Shown here one piece after another: positions 1 through 8,974 of a stretch of 64,000 bases of DNA. The stretch spans positions 34,095 through 98,094 of IMG/VR virus record IMGVR_UViG_3300035698_005189. One strand, written 5' to 3'. The stretch comes from a virus. How positions within the stretch are numbered: the stretch's first letter is position 1; the number at the start of each line of letters is the position of its first letter. The notes under the pieces are model-generated. The model was not told where the DNA came from and searched no databases. It saw only the letters and a program-made list of their open reading frames with translations. A program made the position numbers and the translations under genes.

Positions 1-268
1 GTAGGGTGTATCGTCCTCCGGAGCCTTCGACGACCAGCCGGTCACCCTTGCGGGACAGGGTGGGCTCGTTCAGGGCCTTTACCATCTTGGCCAGGGTCGC
101 ACAGTCCACGGCGGCGCTGACGGTTGCTGCCTCGCACGGGATGCGGACGCCTGACTCCACGTTCTGGGCGACGATGTGACCGTCTCCCAATACCGCGCAG
201 TTCAGGCCGTTGTCGGGTCGGCTGGCGGCGTACTTGCCGGCCACACCGAGAGCAGAGTTGAGGTCCAT
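1..268 (-). CDS. dnaN: DNA polymerase III beta clamp-like protein, N-terminal part (runs off window start)
   Basis: Not in ORF track (no stop in window). Manual translation: MDLNSALGVAGKYAASRPDNGLNCAVLGDGHIVAQNVESGVRIPCEAATVSAAVDCATLAKMVKALNEPTLSRKGDRLVVEGSGGRYTL, matching the pattern of the DnaN first domain; GGAG 6 nt upstream of the ATG. Confidence 0.65.
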   Translation of the reverse strand, partial: MDLNSALGVAGKYAASRPDNGLNCAVLGDGHIVAQNVESGVRIPCEAATVSAAVDCATLAKMVKALNEPTLSRKGDRLVVEGSGGRYTL

Positions 269-349
269 GCAGATCTCCATGGAGTTGCCGGGGGCCTGTG
301 TCGTCGCGCGTGGGGTCGGCGGTCACCTCGTCACCATAACCCAGAACGA

Positions 350-386
350 GCCAAGGCCCGGGAGCGATGTGCTCCCGGGCCTTGGC
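350..386 (-). terminator. Perfect 16-bp hairpin, probable terminator
   Basis: GCCAAGGCCCGGGAGC-gatgt-GCTCCCGGGCCTTGGC; followed on minus strand by TCGTTCT; intergenic. Confidence 0.65.
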
Positions 387-397
387 GGTGGTCTGTG

Positions 398-475
398 CTA
401 TCCTTCCTCGTCATCATCCATGTCCTCGAACTCGTCGCGCTGCAGGTCGGTGCCAGCGATGATGTCGGCAAACAC
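398..475 (-). CDS. Possible 25-aa acidic peptide
   Basis: GTG-start MFADIIAGTDLQRDEFEDMDDDEEG, GC3-rich codons, directly before the hairpin; weak RBS. Confidence 0.3.
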   Translation of the reverse strand: MFADIIAGTDLQRDEFEDMDDDEEG

Positions 476-550
476 CCTGACTCTTGGGCGGCTCCCCGGC
501 GGTGTAACCCGTCGTGACGCGCACCCGACTCGTACGCGTCTCCAAAAGGT

Positions 551-883
551 TTAGGCGGCGTGGACGTTGATGATCTTGCGGCCCTTCACGTCGACGAGGT
601 CGGTGATGGCGTTGACACTGGCCAGCGCGAGGTGGTCACTGTCCTGGTCGGCGTCCACGAGGCCGATGGTCAGGAGGATGTTCATGGCCACGAAGTCTAC
701 GAGGTCGCACTCTTCTTCGACGATGACCCACTCACCGAAGACACCCGTCTCGAGGTCGGCGCGGCGTACGCGGATGTAGCCAGACCACTCGTCGTCTTTG
801 TTGTCGTCGAAGCGCTCGATGAGGATGCGGGTGGCGTCAATTTCGAGGGTCTCGGTGGGCAGGGCGGCTGCGGTCTCTGGCAT
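551..883 (-). CDS. Acidic hypothetical protein (first gene after promoter element 1)
   Basis: 110 aa, D/E rich, GGAG RBS. Confidence 0.75.
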   Translation of the reverse strand: MPETAAALPTETLEIDATRILIERFDDNKDDEWSGYIRVRRADLETGVFGEWVIVEEECDLVDFVAMNILLTIGLVDADQDSDHLALASVNAITDLVDVKGRKIINVHAA

Positions 884-928
884 AACGACTCCGTGATGGT
901 TGGCGGCGGGACACTCCCGCCTTCACCA

Positions 929-968
929 ATATAGGGAGTGCGCCCAGCTACGCCGTGATCATTCGTCT
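929..968 (-). promoter_or_regulatory. Repeated promoter-like element, copy 1 (TGATCRCGG-N10-CGCACTCCCTATAT)
   Basis: 38/40 identical to 7180..7219; core also at 43082..43114; followed by hairpin 905..921. Confidence 0.75.
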
Positions 969-1286
969 CATGTTTTCTGCAGCGTGCCCAGCTATTCGTC
1001 TTAGGGCAGTCTCCAGGTCCATGTCCCCGGCCCGGACCTCGTCGGCCAGCACCTCGACCCAGGCATCCAGCGCACCCAGCTCCACGACAGGCGGGGGAGG
1101 GGGGACGCCCAGCCAGAGGGCGAGGCCGTTCGCTACCTCTACGTCGTCGGTGGCCTTGGCGTAGGCGCGGAGTGCGACGACGGCAGCGGGGTCCCTGCCC
1201 GGCACCAGCACGAAGGCCTCCCGATCACCCAGCGGGCCCCGGTGGTGGTGGACTACGCTGAACTTACCAGCGAGCCAGCCGCTCAA
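948..1286 (-). CDS. Phage hypothetical protein
   Basis: FVLxPxRDPAAxxALRAYA motif typical of small phage proteins; coupled to the upstream gene. Confidence 0.7.
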   Translation of the reverse strand: MSGWLAGKFSVVHHHRGPLGDREAFVLVPGRDPAAVVALRAYAKATDDVEVANGLALWLGVPPPPPVVELGALDAWVEVLADEVRAGDMDLETALRRIAGHAAENMRRMITA

Positions 1287-1924
1287 GGGAGGACCTGTAC
1301 GAAGCCGGCTGCCTCAGCTGCAAAGAGGGCGCGGAGGATACCGGACTCGATGAGGTCCACGACCTCGGGCGGGTAGCCCAGCAGCGTGATCTGGGTGTTG
1401 GGTCCGACGGGCGTCACGATCGGCGGGGGCACAATGAGGGCCTCTGCCGGGGTGTCGTCGGCCAGGACCGCCACAGGCTCCGACTTCGAGGCGGCCTTGT
1501 GGGTCGTCTGCTTGGGGAGCCACTCCTGACGACGGATGGACTCGGGGAGGCGGGGCGGGGGCCAGTTGGCTGGCGTGGTCTGGCCCCAGCACTCGGCCGG
1601 TGTCTCGTCGTAGGGACCGTAGGCGTTGAAGAGGGCGATCCAGCGTACGCGAAGCCGAGCTTCGCCCGTGCCCACGGTACCCCACCACGTCGCCCCATCC
1701 GACTTCCGCTTCCTGAACAGGCGGAAGCGCCCGGGCGACGCGTCGGCCCGGGTGATGGCGCTCCGAAGGGTCTTGTGCCAGCGGTCGGCTGGGACGCGGG
1801 CCAGGTAGCGCATCGCTTCGGTGGCTTCCTCGGTCGTGGCGTCGTCACCCCTGACTGGGAGGCCCCGTACCTCAGCGAAGGTCAGGGCGACGTAGCGATC
1901 GGTTTCTACCTTCTTGCGGGCCAT
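1283..1924 (-). CDS. Hypothetical protein
   Basis: 213 aa, GAGGTG RBS. Confidence 0.7.
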   Translation of the reverse strand: MARKKVETDRYVALTFAEVRGLPVRGDDATTEEATEAMRYLARVPADRWHKTLRSAITRADASPGRFRLFRKRKSDGATWWGTVGTGEARLRVRWIALFNAYGPYDETPAECWGQTTPANWPPPRLPESIRRQEWLPKQTTHKAASKSEPVAVLADDTPAEALIVPPPIVTPVGPNTQITLLGYPPEVVDLIESGILRALFAAEAAGFVQVLP

Positions 1925-1951
1925 GGCTCACCTCTGCAGTGTAGTCGCCGC

Positions 1952-2302
1952 TCAGCCGTCTGCTGGCTTCGTCATGTAGCCCCGGAGCATTTCCCGGGGG
2001 TCGGATAGTACAGATCCGCCCTCGCCTGTGGTAACGGTCACGATCGGCACACCAAGGGCAGCACCGGCTCCGTGCAGCGCCGCGATCCCGTCGGGTGAGC
2101 CATTGCCGATCTCTGGAACGAGCACGGCTCGCAGTTTACCCTTTTCCGCAGCCCGTCGGCATAGCTCCCCAGCCTCGGAGGCTGTCGTCAAGGTACAAGG
2201 GCTCTCCATGACCCACCCTGTGCTGTCCTTAGACAGCACAGAGGCGATGAGGCCGATGCGGGCGGGGATGGCTCCAATCCAAAAGTCAGTAGGGAGCGTC
2301 AT
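1952..2302 (-). CDS. Hypothetical protein
   Basis: 116 aa, ATGA-coupled. Confidence 0.65.
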   Translation of the reverse strand: MTLPTDFWIGAIPARIGLIASVLSKDSTGWVMESPCTLTTASEAGELCRRAAEKGKLRAVLVPEIGNGSPDGIAALHGAGAALGVPIVTVTTGEGGSVLSDPREMLRGYMTKPADG

Positions 2303-2802
2303 GGCTTCCTCGGCTTTCGACCGCGTGGCTTGCGGTCGTACGGGCGTTCCCGATGGGGGTGGACCTTCTCACGGCGGAGGCGGGGAGCAAGCTCGGCGTC
2401 GGCTGTGTCCCAGCATCGCTGGCCTGCCGGTGCCTTGCACGTCGGGCAGTCGTAGGCTGACCGGCGGGCGTCCCACTGGAGATCGTGGGCCTCGAGGTAG
2501 CCCAGAGCCTCTGCGATAGCGGAGTGTATGTCCCGCACCACGAGGCTGCTGGCTGTGACGATCATCGGCTTCCACGGGGCCTCTGTGGTCACGACCACTG
2601 GAACCCCCGTCGCGTAGGCAGCAGCCGCAAGGCACTCGCCGTAGGCGTTCGTCGGGCCGACCAGGATCACCTGGGCTGCGCGCATGGCCAGGATCTGGTC
2701 GTCGAGGGTTGGCTCGCAGCAGGGGCGGCCCATATACCCGGCCAGCTCGAGTGCCTCGTGGGCTAAGTCAGGCACGTTGCCGATGTCGAGGAAGTGAGCC
2801 AT
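2299..2802 (-). CDS. Nucleoside 2-deoxyribosyltransferase-like fold protein with C-terminal zinc finger
   Basis: DQILAMRAAQVILV...GECLAAAAYATGVPVVV resembles NDT core; CPTCKAPAGQRC...HxxR finger. Confidence 0.5.
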   Translation of the reverse strand: MAHFLDIGNVPDLAHEALELAGYMGRPCCEPTLDDQILAMRAAQVILVGPTNAYGECLAAAAYATGVPVVVTTEAPWKPMIVTASSLVVRDIHSAIAEALGYLEAHDLQWDARRSAYDCPTCKAPAGQRCWDTADAELAPRLRREKVHPHRERPYDRKPRGRKPRKP

Positions 2803-3371
2803 TATCGTCTCCCGAGATACTTGAGCATCCGCGTCTGCAGGTCGACGGGGCGGAGGGTCGGCTCCGGGTGGCCGCAGACAGGGCAGCGACGGTCAGCGAT
2901 ACGGCCCGAGGGGGTGGAGTCGCTCTCGTCAGCGCGGGGGTAGGGGTGGGCTGGGCGGCTGCATACCGCGCAACGGGGGCCGAGAGCCTCCCGCTTTGGC
3001 TGTGCCGCCTTCTGGGGCGTAGCGGCTCCCGCCTGGGTGAAGACTCGGGCACCGTCCCAGGTCGCGGGGAGGCCCTGCGGGATATCGGTCGCAGCTGGGA
3101 CTACTGCCACGACGACGTCGGCCTTGGCTGGCTTCGTGGCCTCCAGGATAGCGACCTTCCAGTCATCCTCGGTGAACGGGTATGAGACGGAGACGACGCG
3201 CCCCCGCGTAGCCAGCTCGAGGCCGACATCGGTGGGCGTCACGGAGGCTGTCGGGTCCTCCACCTCGTCGCACACGATGAGGGTCAGGGCGGCCTCGGCA
3301 TCCTCGTGGTCCGACGGCTCTCCGCCGACCAGCCAGGCGAAGACCTCCAGGTAGTCGGTAATTGTCCTCAT
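2802..3371 (-). CDS. Hypothetical protein with C-terminal Zn ribbon
   Basis: CAVC...CPVC; coupled at both ends. Confidence 0.65.
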   Translation of the reverse strand: MRTITDYLEVFAWLVGGEPSDHEDAEAALTLIVCDEVEDPTASVTPTDVGLELATRGRVVSVSYPFTEDDWKVAILEATKPAKADVVVAVVPAATDIPQGLPATWDGARVFTQAGAATPQKAAQPKREALGPRCAVCSRPAHPYPRADESDSTPSGRIADRRCPVCGHPEPTLRPVDLQTRMLKYLGRR

Positions 3372-4072
3372 GATCGTCTCCCAAGAAGGTGCTCAATATC
3401 CATGATGCTGAGGCCTGAGCCTCTGAGTCGGGCTTCCGTGACCATACCAGACACCTGCAGCTCACGATTACCGAGGGTGACGTCCCACGCGAGGCCGACG
3501 TTGTGCCTAATCACGCACAGGGCGATAGTCGGGCGGCTGGCCGGTAGTCGCAGGCTGCGCTCAACGGACGGATGACTCGCACCGACCAGGGTGGCGTACA
3601 CCCGGATGGCCCGCAGGGCGTCTTCGTCTGTGAGCGAGACCAGGCGAACCGGGCGTGCGGCTGTGGGCTTCTCAGCGAGCTTCGCCTCCAGCTCCCGCTC
3701 CTTCTTACGAAAGGCAGCCATGACGACCTTCTGCTGGCTGTCCACCCGCGAGCGGTCCCGGGCGGCCTTGTCGAAGGCCTTGTTGGCGGCGCGCAGGGCG
3801 GTCCGGGAGTCCTCCAGCTCAACCTCGGTCTCGCGCCAGCCCTTGGCTACGTCGGCTGTGCGCTTCTTCTGGTCGTGTAGTTCGGTCCGGAGGGCTGTGA
3901 CGGCAGCCTCCCTGGTGGCGTCTGCGCTCGGAGGGAAGTCGGGAACATCCGTGTCGTCAGGGACCGGGTCCTCGTCGGCCCGCGGTGCTCGGTTCCTGCG
4001 GCGGGCCTCCATAAAGGCATCGTCGCCAGCGGTGGACCAGGGACGGGGGCCCGGGCGTGGAGGGTTGGTCAT
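3368..4072 (-). CDS. Coiled-coil hypothetical protein
   Basis: Central heptad-like charged helix; ATGA overlaps. Confidence 0.7.
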   Translation of the reverse strand: MTNPPRPGPRPWSTAGDDAFMEARRRNRAPRADEDPVPDDTDVPDFPPSADATREAAVTALRTELHDQKKRTADVAKGWRETEVELEDSRTALRAANKAFDKAARDRSRVDSQQKVVMAAFRKKERELEAKLAEKPTAARPVRLVSLTDEDALRAIRVYATLVGASHPSVERSLRLPASRPTIALCVIRHNVGLAWDVTLGNRELQVSGMVTEARLRGSGLSIMDIEHLLGRRS

Positions 4073-4467
4073 GCGATCATCCCGGCCGCGATCATCCTGG
4101 CCACGGCGTAGGTGGTGTCGTCTTTCCAGGCAGCCCCGGAGGGCGCAAGGAGTTCGGGGTTAGGGAGGGCGGGGACGAGGTCGGACGCGTACCACCACTG
4201 GGTGAACGGCCGGCCGTTGGGGCTGACCAGGGGCCGGTGCTTTACGAGGTACTCCGTCTCGCCCGGGCCTATCGGGTGGCGGACACTGACGACCACTCCC
4301 GCCCGGGAATCGCCCAGGCCAGGTGCGTGGCCATCCCGACCGGCAAAGCGACGAATCCGCATGAGCTGAGACGCGGTCCCCTCTGTCGTGGCCTCTTCCC
4401 ACAGGGCGGCCCGGAGGCAGACTTTCTCGCCTTCTACGAACTTGCACATAGCGGAACGATCACCCAC
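4069..4467 (-). CDS. Hypothetical protein
   Basis: 132 aa, GGAGGTG RBS. Confidence 0.6.
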   Translation of the reverse strand: MGDRSAMCKFVEGEKVCLRAALWEEATTEGTASQLMRIRRFAGRDGHAPGLGDSRAGVVVSVRHPIGPGETEYLVKHRPLVSPNGRPFTQWWYASDLVPALPNPELLAPSGAAWKDDTTYAVARMIAAGMIA

Positions 4468-4516
4468 AGGACACCTCCTGTCCGGTTAGTCGCTGGTAGA
4501 CGCCCTGGGCTGGTCG

Positions 4517-4777
4517 TCACCGACGGCGTTTACGAGGCCTCATGCAGGACATATCGGCTACCGTGTTGCCCCGCTCGGACTTGCCGGGGACGTTGATCCC
4601 GAGGTCGGCGCAGTGCTCCCGTGCCCACCAGCCCTGAACGAGTAGGCAGCTGGGGCCGTCGAAGCCGATGATGACCGAGCGGGGGACGAAGACGGCCTTC
4701 CCGTCGAGCAGGCGCATCTTGCGCGACTTGACTCGTTCCTCGAGGATAGGGGTATCGGGGTCGAGTTGAACTCTCAT
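4517..4777 (-). CDS. Small phage hypothetical protein
   Basis: ATG at 4777 overlaps upstream stop (ATGA); FVPRSVI...LLVQGWWA pattern. Confidence 0.6.
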   Translation of the reverse strand: MRVQLDPDTPILEERVKSRKMRLLDGKAVFVPRSVIIGFDGPSCLLVQGWWAREHCADLGINVPGKSERGNTVADMSCMRPRKRRR

Positions 4778-5013
4778 CGCATCCTTCCATCTGTGCAGAT
4801 CCCGGGAGAGGCGCAGAGGCGTCGTGTCGTCAGGCAGCAGTCCCCGTTGACGTAGTAGACACACTCGGTCGCTGGGGCGCCGACGGGCTCGGCTTCAACG
4901 AGAACGCGCCCTACCTCGCAGATCTCGGTGAGATCGCAGGGTAAGGCGCGCAGGGCGGACCGGGAGCAGGCGCAGAGCCCGTTCGGTCGCCGATAGAGGC
5001 AGGCAGCCGTCAT
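4774..5013 (-). CDS. Cys-rich 79-aa protein
   Basis: 3' part of ORF 4774..5250; two CxY-x3-4-GxC...C...C halves; fills the gap between coupled genes. Confidence 0.55.
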   Translation of the reverse strand: MTAACLYRRPNGLCACSRSALRALPCDLTEICEVGRVLVEAEPVGAPATECVYYVNGDCCLTTRRLCASPGICTDGRMR

Positions 5014-5014
5014 G

Positions 5015-5686
5015 TCAGCAGCCCACGACGTAAGCGATGAGCCACGCAGCGAGGGCCAGACAAGTGAAGACCAGGGCGGCTCCCGCTGACTGGAGCCGGG
5101 ACTCGGGGCTGCGGGGGTGGATAGGCTGGGGGTCGTCGTCAGGTCCCTCGGTCGGCCAGACTTCGCACAGGTCCACGACCTCCGGAGGGATGCGGTCGGG
5201 TACTGGGAGGTCGTCGGGACGCCCGACTCCCTTGTAGTTGTAGTTCCCATGCCGCACAGCCGAGTCGCAGGCTGCGTGGGCGGCGTTGAAGGCGGGGTGC
5301 TCGCGCTCGGCCTCAGCGCAGGGGGTGCAGATCTCGGACCCGTCGAAGAAGGAGCCGGTCGTGGTACGGGCGGCGTTGCGACAGGTCCCGCAGGTGCCGG
5401 TGTAGTCCATCGGCTCGATGGCGGGGGCGTTGAGCCCGAGCATCCAGGCTGCGGAGAGATGAGTCATGGTCTCGGGTCGGCCGCCTTGGGGATTCCAGAC
5501 CACGAGGCCCGGGTGCTCCGGGTCGTAGACCAGGAGCCCGGTGAGGCCGCCAAGCCGTACCACGATGCGGTCGGAACAGTCGGGGTCCACAGCCAGGCTG
5601 ACGGCGCGGAGGGCCATACCTTCGTAGACGGTCGAGCAGCCAGAGGACTGGACACGGAAGGAGTCGGCGAGGGAGCGTCGGTTCAT
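5015..5686 (-). CDS. Hypothetical protein with CxxC..CxxC domain and C-terminal TM helix
   Basis: CGTC...SFFDGSEICTPC...GNYNYKGVG motif; hydrophobic C-terminus AALVFTCLALAAWLIAYVV. Confidence 0.7.
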   Translation of the reverse strand: MNRRSLADSFRVQSSGCSTVYEGMALRAVSLAVDPDCSDRIVVRLGGLTGLLVYDPEHPGLVVWNPQGGRPETMTHLSAAWMLGLNAPAIEPMDYTGTCGTCRNAARTTTGSFFDGSEICTPCAEAEREHPAFNAAHAACDSAVRHGNYNYKGVGRPDDLPVPDRIPPEVVDLCEVWPTEGPDDDPQPIHPRSPESRLQSAGAALVFTCLALAAWLIAYVVGC

Positions 5687-5700
5687 GCGGGATCTCCTGT

Positions 5701-5724
5701 GCCCCCTCCGTCGTCGGAGGGGGC
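5701..5724. terminator. 10-bp GC hairpin
   Basis: GCCCCCTCCG-tcgt-CGGAGGGGGC, intergenic; no U-tract. Confidence 0.4.
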
Positions 5725-5740
5725 GGGGGTGTAGTCGTGG

Positions 5741-6229
5741 TTAGTACTCGCCGCTGTGGTGGCCGTACTCGTCGGGGTCTTCGATGCTGCAGCCCATCGT
5801 GTCGTTGTAGGCAGCGCAGCCGCCACCCATCCCCGCCATCATGGCGTTCTCGCGCCGGTCGTTGGCGTCGTCGATGCTGTCCTGCTCGTCATCGGTGAGC
5901 CAGAAGCCGAAGTCGGACCCGTCTCCCTCGTGGGTGCCGAAGCGGATGCCCTCGATCTCGTAGGTCCGTAGGATATCGTCGATGAGGTCGGACACCGTCT
6001 CCAGGTCCCACTCGGTATCGGTGGCCTTGGAGCGCTCCACGCCGCCGAGGATGGCCTGGCACGCGGCCTGGAAGCCGACGAGGTAGGGGGTGTCGGCCTT
6101 CGGGGTCCAGGTGCAGGCTTCGAGGAGGTTGGTGGCTCCCGTGACGTAGGCAGCCAGGACGGCCGCTTGGCGAAGGTCACCGTGCGACACGGTACCGATG
6201 ATGTTGAGGGTAGATCCGTGGGTGGTCAT
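5741..6229 (-). CDS. Conserved phage hypothetical protein
   Basis: GTVSHGDLR...FGTHEGDGSDFGFW motif; start re-assigned to ATG 6229. Confidence 0.7.
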   Translation of the reverse strand: MTTHGSTLNIIGTVSHGDLRQAAVLAAYVTGATNLLEACTWTPKADTPYLVGFQAACQAILGGVERSKATDTEWDLETVSDLIDDILRTYEIEGIRFGTHEGDGSDFGFWLTDDEQDSIDDANDRRENAMMAGMGGGCAAYNDTMGCSIEDPDEYGHHSGEY

Positions 6230-6230
6230 G

Positions 6231-6575
6231 TCAGGCTCCAGGCGCGGCTGGTGGGGTGTTTCGGAGGTCTTCGGGGAGGATGGCGCGGTAGGCGTCACGC
6301 GCCGACTCGTCGGGGCGGAGGTTGGCGGCTTCGCGGAGGGAGGGGATGTGGTCCCGTAGGTACGAAGCGACGGTAGCCGCCTCGATGAGCTTCAGCGACT
6401 CCGAAGACTGCGGCGCGTAGGCCCGACCCGTCTGCTCGGCCTGCTCGGCGGCCTTGCTCAGGCCGTCGGCCAGGTTGCGGGCGCAGTTGATGAAGTCGTT
6501 AACGGCGCGGGTGTGTGTCCGCTCGGCGGAGATGACTGCCTGCAGTAGGTAGGCTCGGGACTGAAAGGCGTTCAT
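6231..6575 (-). CDS. Hypothetical protein
   Basis: 114 aa, AAGGA RBS. Confidence 0.7.
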   Translation of the reverse strand: MNAFQSRAYLLQAVISAERTHTRAVNDFINCARNLADGLSKAAEQAEQTGRAYAPQSSESLKLIEAATVASYLRDHIPSLREAANLRPDESARDAYRAILPEDLRNTPPAAPGA

Positions 6576-6576
6576 G

Positions 6577-6894
6577 TCAGGTTCCTTGAGAGTCGTAGGG
6601 GCGGGGGAAGTTGATGGCGTCTGCGGACCACGCGACGAGCTGGGCAGCCGTCATGCGGGGACCGTCAAAGGACAGGCGGAGGTCAGGGCCGACGTCGAGC
6701 TTGAAGGTGAAGTCGCTGGTGATTCCGCCGACGTTGCCCCGGGGCGGACCCCAGCGGAGGATGTGGACGGCTCCGTTGATCGTGCCCCGGGCGTACTCGC
6801 GACCCTCGGTGTCGTACGCCATGACCTCACGCTCCCGACCGCAGCGGTAGTGGCGGCCGACGGACGGGGAGACGAGGTGGTTGGTGGTGCCCAT
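6577..6894 (-). CDS. Hypothetical protein
   Basis: 105 aa; TAATG overlap. Confidence 0.6.
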   Translation of the reverse strand: MGTTNHLVSPSVGRHYRCGREREVMAYDTEGREYARGTINGAVHILRWGPPRGNVGGITSDFTFKLDVGPDLRLSFDGPRMTAAQLVAWSADAINFPRPYDSQGT

Positions 6895-7133
6895 TAGACT
6901 GCCTGGGGGTTGACGGTGGTTTCGAGGGTGATCTTGTGGCTGGTCACGGAGGCCTCACCGGCTGCGGCGGGGCGAGCGTCCTGCAGTGCGATGGCTGCCT
7001 CGCAGTGCCCGATGAGGGTTCCGAGGTAGACGTCGGTGAAGACGAAGGCACCGTCGCCGTGGTCGTTGATGTCTTCAGAGACGGAGAGGCACTCGGCGGC
7101 GAGGGCGCGCATGGCGGCAGTGAGGTTGGACAC
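6894..7133 (-). CDS. Hypothetical protein (first gene after promoter element 2)
   Basis: GTG 7133 with GGAG RBS. Confidence 0.65.
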   Translation of the reverse strand: MSNLTAAMRALAAECLSVSEDINDHGDGAFVFTDVYLGTLIGHCEAAIALQDARPAAAGEASVTSHKITLETTVNPQAV

Positions 7134-7179
7134 GGTGACTCCAGTCGGTTGGTGACGAGGAGAGTCCTCGTCTTCAACG

Positions 7180-7219
7180 ATATAGGGAGTGCGCCAGGCT
7201 ACGCCGTGATCATTCGTCT
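7180..7219 (-). promoter_or_regulatory. Repeated promoter-like element, copy 2
   Basis: Near-identical to 929..968; followed by hairpin 7154..7172. Confidence 0.75.
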
Positions 7220-7986
7220 TCGATAAGTCCCCGGACACCCCCACCTACGGCCTTTTTATCGCTGTGCAGGGCCAGGCTCCTTCCGGCCTCGTACGCGTCT
7301 TGATTCCACCCGTCTCCGGAGCCGAACCCACGACCTGAACCGGCGCTGAAGGTGTAGTTTGAGTCGACCCACTCGCTGACCTTTGCGCGGCGGTCGAGGA
7401 CGAGGGCGTAGTCTTCAGCGTGGTCGCGCTTGACTTCACGAGTCAGCTCCGTGAACTTCGACTCGAGGCCAACCACCGCTGTCTCACGGTACTCGTGGCT
7501 GGCGTCCCGTCTACGACTGGGATCAAAGAACCGCCCAGCGCGGAGGGTGTCTACTTCGAGGTCGAATACATACGAACGAGCCAGGGTATCGATCTGCGCG
7601 GCACAGATCCCGTACAGCTCCTTAGCCATATGGGTATCGGACTGGTGGCCGTGAAACTTCCAGATCGGGGTCCCTTCGTGGTACGACGCCCGTAGGCCGA
7701 CGTAGTCCGATACCGCCTGGGCGAGGGAACGCTTCCACCCTGACGTAGTGCGATACCGCTTCCTGCGCTCTTCTCGCGTGGACAGACACAGCCCGTCAAA
7801 CCTAAGGGTCAGGCTGATCAGCGGGTCGGTGGAGAGATCCAACGAGTCGACGTCGTGCTGCGATACCGCGTGCTCCAGCATCATCTCCATGGCCCGGCGG
7901 GCAGCCTGCTCCGCTTCGTTACCCTCGGAGCCGCCAGCGAGTGCCTGCAGCTTCTTGATCCGAGTCAATACCTTCTGCGACTTCAT
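7210..7986 (-). CDS. DUF2786 domain protein
   Basis: N-terminal KVLTRIKKLQALA...NEAEQAARRAMEMMLEH signature; C-terminal AYEAGR. Confidence 0.85.
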   Translation of the reverse strand: MKSQKVLTRIKKLQALAGGSEGNEAEQAARRAMEMMLEHAVSQHDVDSLDLSTDPLISLTLRFDGLCLSTREERRKRYRTTSGWKRSLAQAVSDYVGLRASYHEGTPIWKFHGHQSDTHMAKELYGICAAQIDTLARSYVFDLEVDTLRAGRFFDPSRRRDASHEYRETAVVGLESKFTELTREVKRDHAEDYALVLDRRAKVSEWVDSNYTFSAGSGRGFGSGDGWNQDAYEAGRSLALHSDKKAVGGGVRGLIEDE

Positions 7987-7987
7987 A

Positions 7988-8974
7988 TCAGTCCTCCTCG
8001 CCGATTGCTGTGGCGGCGTCGAACCAGTCGCGCGTCCGCATGAGCTGCCTCATCGTCGCACGCCTCTTGTTGATCTGTTTATGGAGCCTCGCGTACAGTG
8101 TCGCGTCGAAGTATTCGCCGACGCTGCTCCGTACCATGTCAACGGTGTCGTCTGGTGAGAGGGCGTCAAGCTCCCACGCGTCCTCGACGCCGAACCGCTC
8201 GCAGTACTTGTCGAAGTCGGCCGACGTCTGCTTTGCTGGGAACGGAGGGAGGTCGCGCTCGAGCGCCTGCTCCAGCGTGATGCCGATCCGCCTGAACTCC
8301 AGGGGGAAGGGTCGCTCACTGAGGCCCATGAACGTCCTGACGGTCCGCTCCGCTGTCTCCGGGATTCTGATCCCTGTCGGGTCGTGGTCGCCGAAGTACA
8401 AGACGACGGAACGCTTCGCCATGCCCCGATGGAAGGCACCGGCTGAGTCCCGCCATCCGGCTTCGTTGTCGATCCCATGTATGCGACCAGCCCCGACGAG
8501 CCACTCGTATAGCGAGGCATGGGACGGGTCCCCTCGGCACGAGAAGCACGACACACCCAGTTCACGACATACGGGCTCAAAGACCCCGGCCAAAGCGTCT
8601 TTCTCGAACCAGACAGAGACGTGAACCGGCTGACCGAACCACATATCGCGGTGAAGGTACTTATCTGGGAGTCGCTTCACGGCTTCAGCTGCACGGATCA
8701 GGGCGTTGTCTACCTTCGTGTCGCAGCGCGTAGCCACGCCGGGGCGGACGTATCGTGTCCTGTCTACGAGGGCGTTGAGCGGGAACCCGCCACGGAGCCT
8801 CTCCCGGGACAGGACGACCTTGAAGCGTTCGTACACTGCCCCGTCGGAGGGTACGAGCTTCCTGACCACAGCCTGGTAGTATAGGCCTCGAAGGGTGAGA
8901 CTCCATCCGCGTGCCCGGTACTCCGCGCAGACGCGGTGAGCTATCTCAAGGACGCGTTCAGTCGGGATCGTCAT
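7988..8974 (-). CDS. Winged-helix + TOPRIM protein (TopoVI-A/Spo11-like fold)
   Basis: LTLRGLYYQ, VWFEKDAL, YFGDHDPTG, WELDAL motifs. Confidence 0.8.
   Translation of the reverse strand: MTIPTERVLEIAHRVCAEYRARGWSLTLRGLYYQAVVRKLVPSDGAVYERFKVVLSRERLRGGFPLNALVDRTRYVRPGVATRCDTKVDNALIRAAEAVKRLPDKYLHRDMWFGQPVHVSVWFEKDALAGVFEPVCRELGVSCFSCRGDPSHASLYEWLVGAGRIHGIDNEAGWRDSAGAFHRGMAKRSVVLYFGDHDPTGIRIPETAERTVRTFMGLSERPFPLEFRRIGITLEQALERDLPPFPAKQTSADFDKYCERFGVEDAWELDALSPDDTVDMVRSSVGEYFDATLYARLHKQINKRRATMRQLMRTRDWFDAATAIGEED

Noticed and set aside
929-7219. The 40-bp repeats as att sites or ends of a mobile element
   Set aside because: No integrase; a third spaced copy at 43 kb and the position upstream of RBSs favour a promoter
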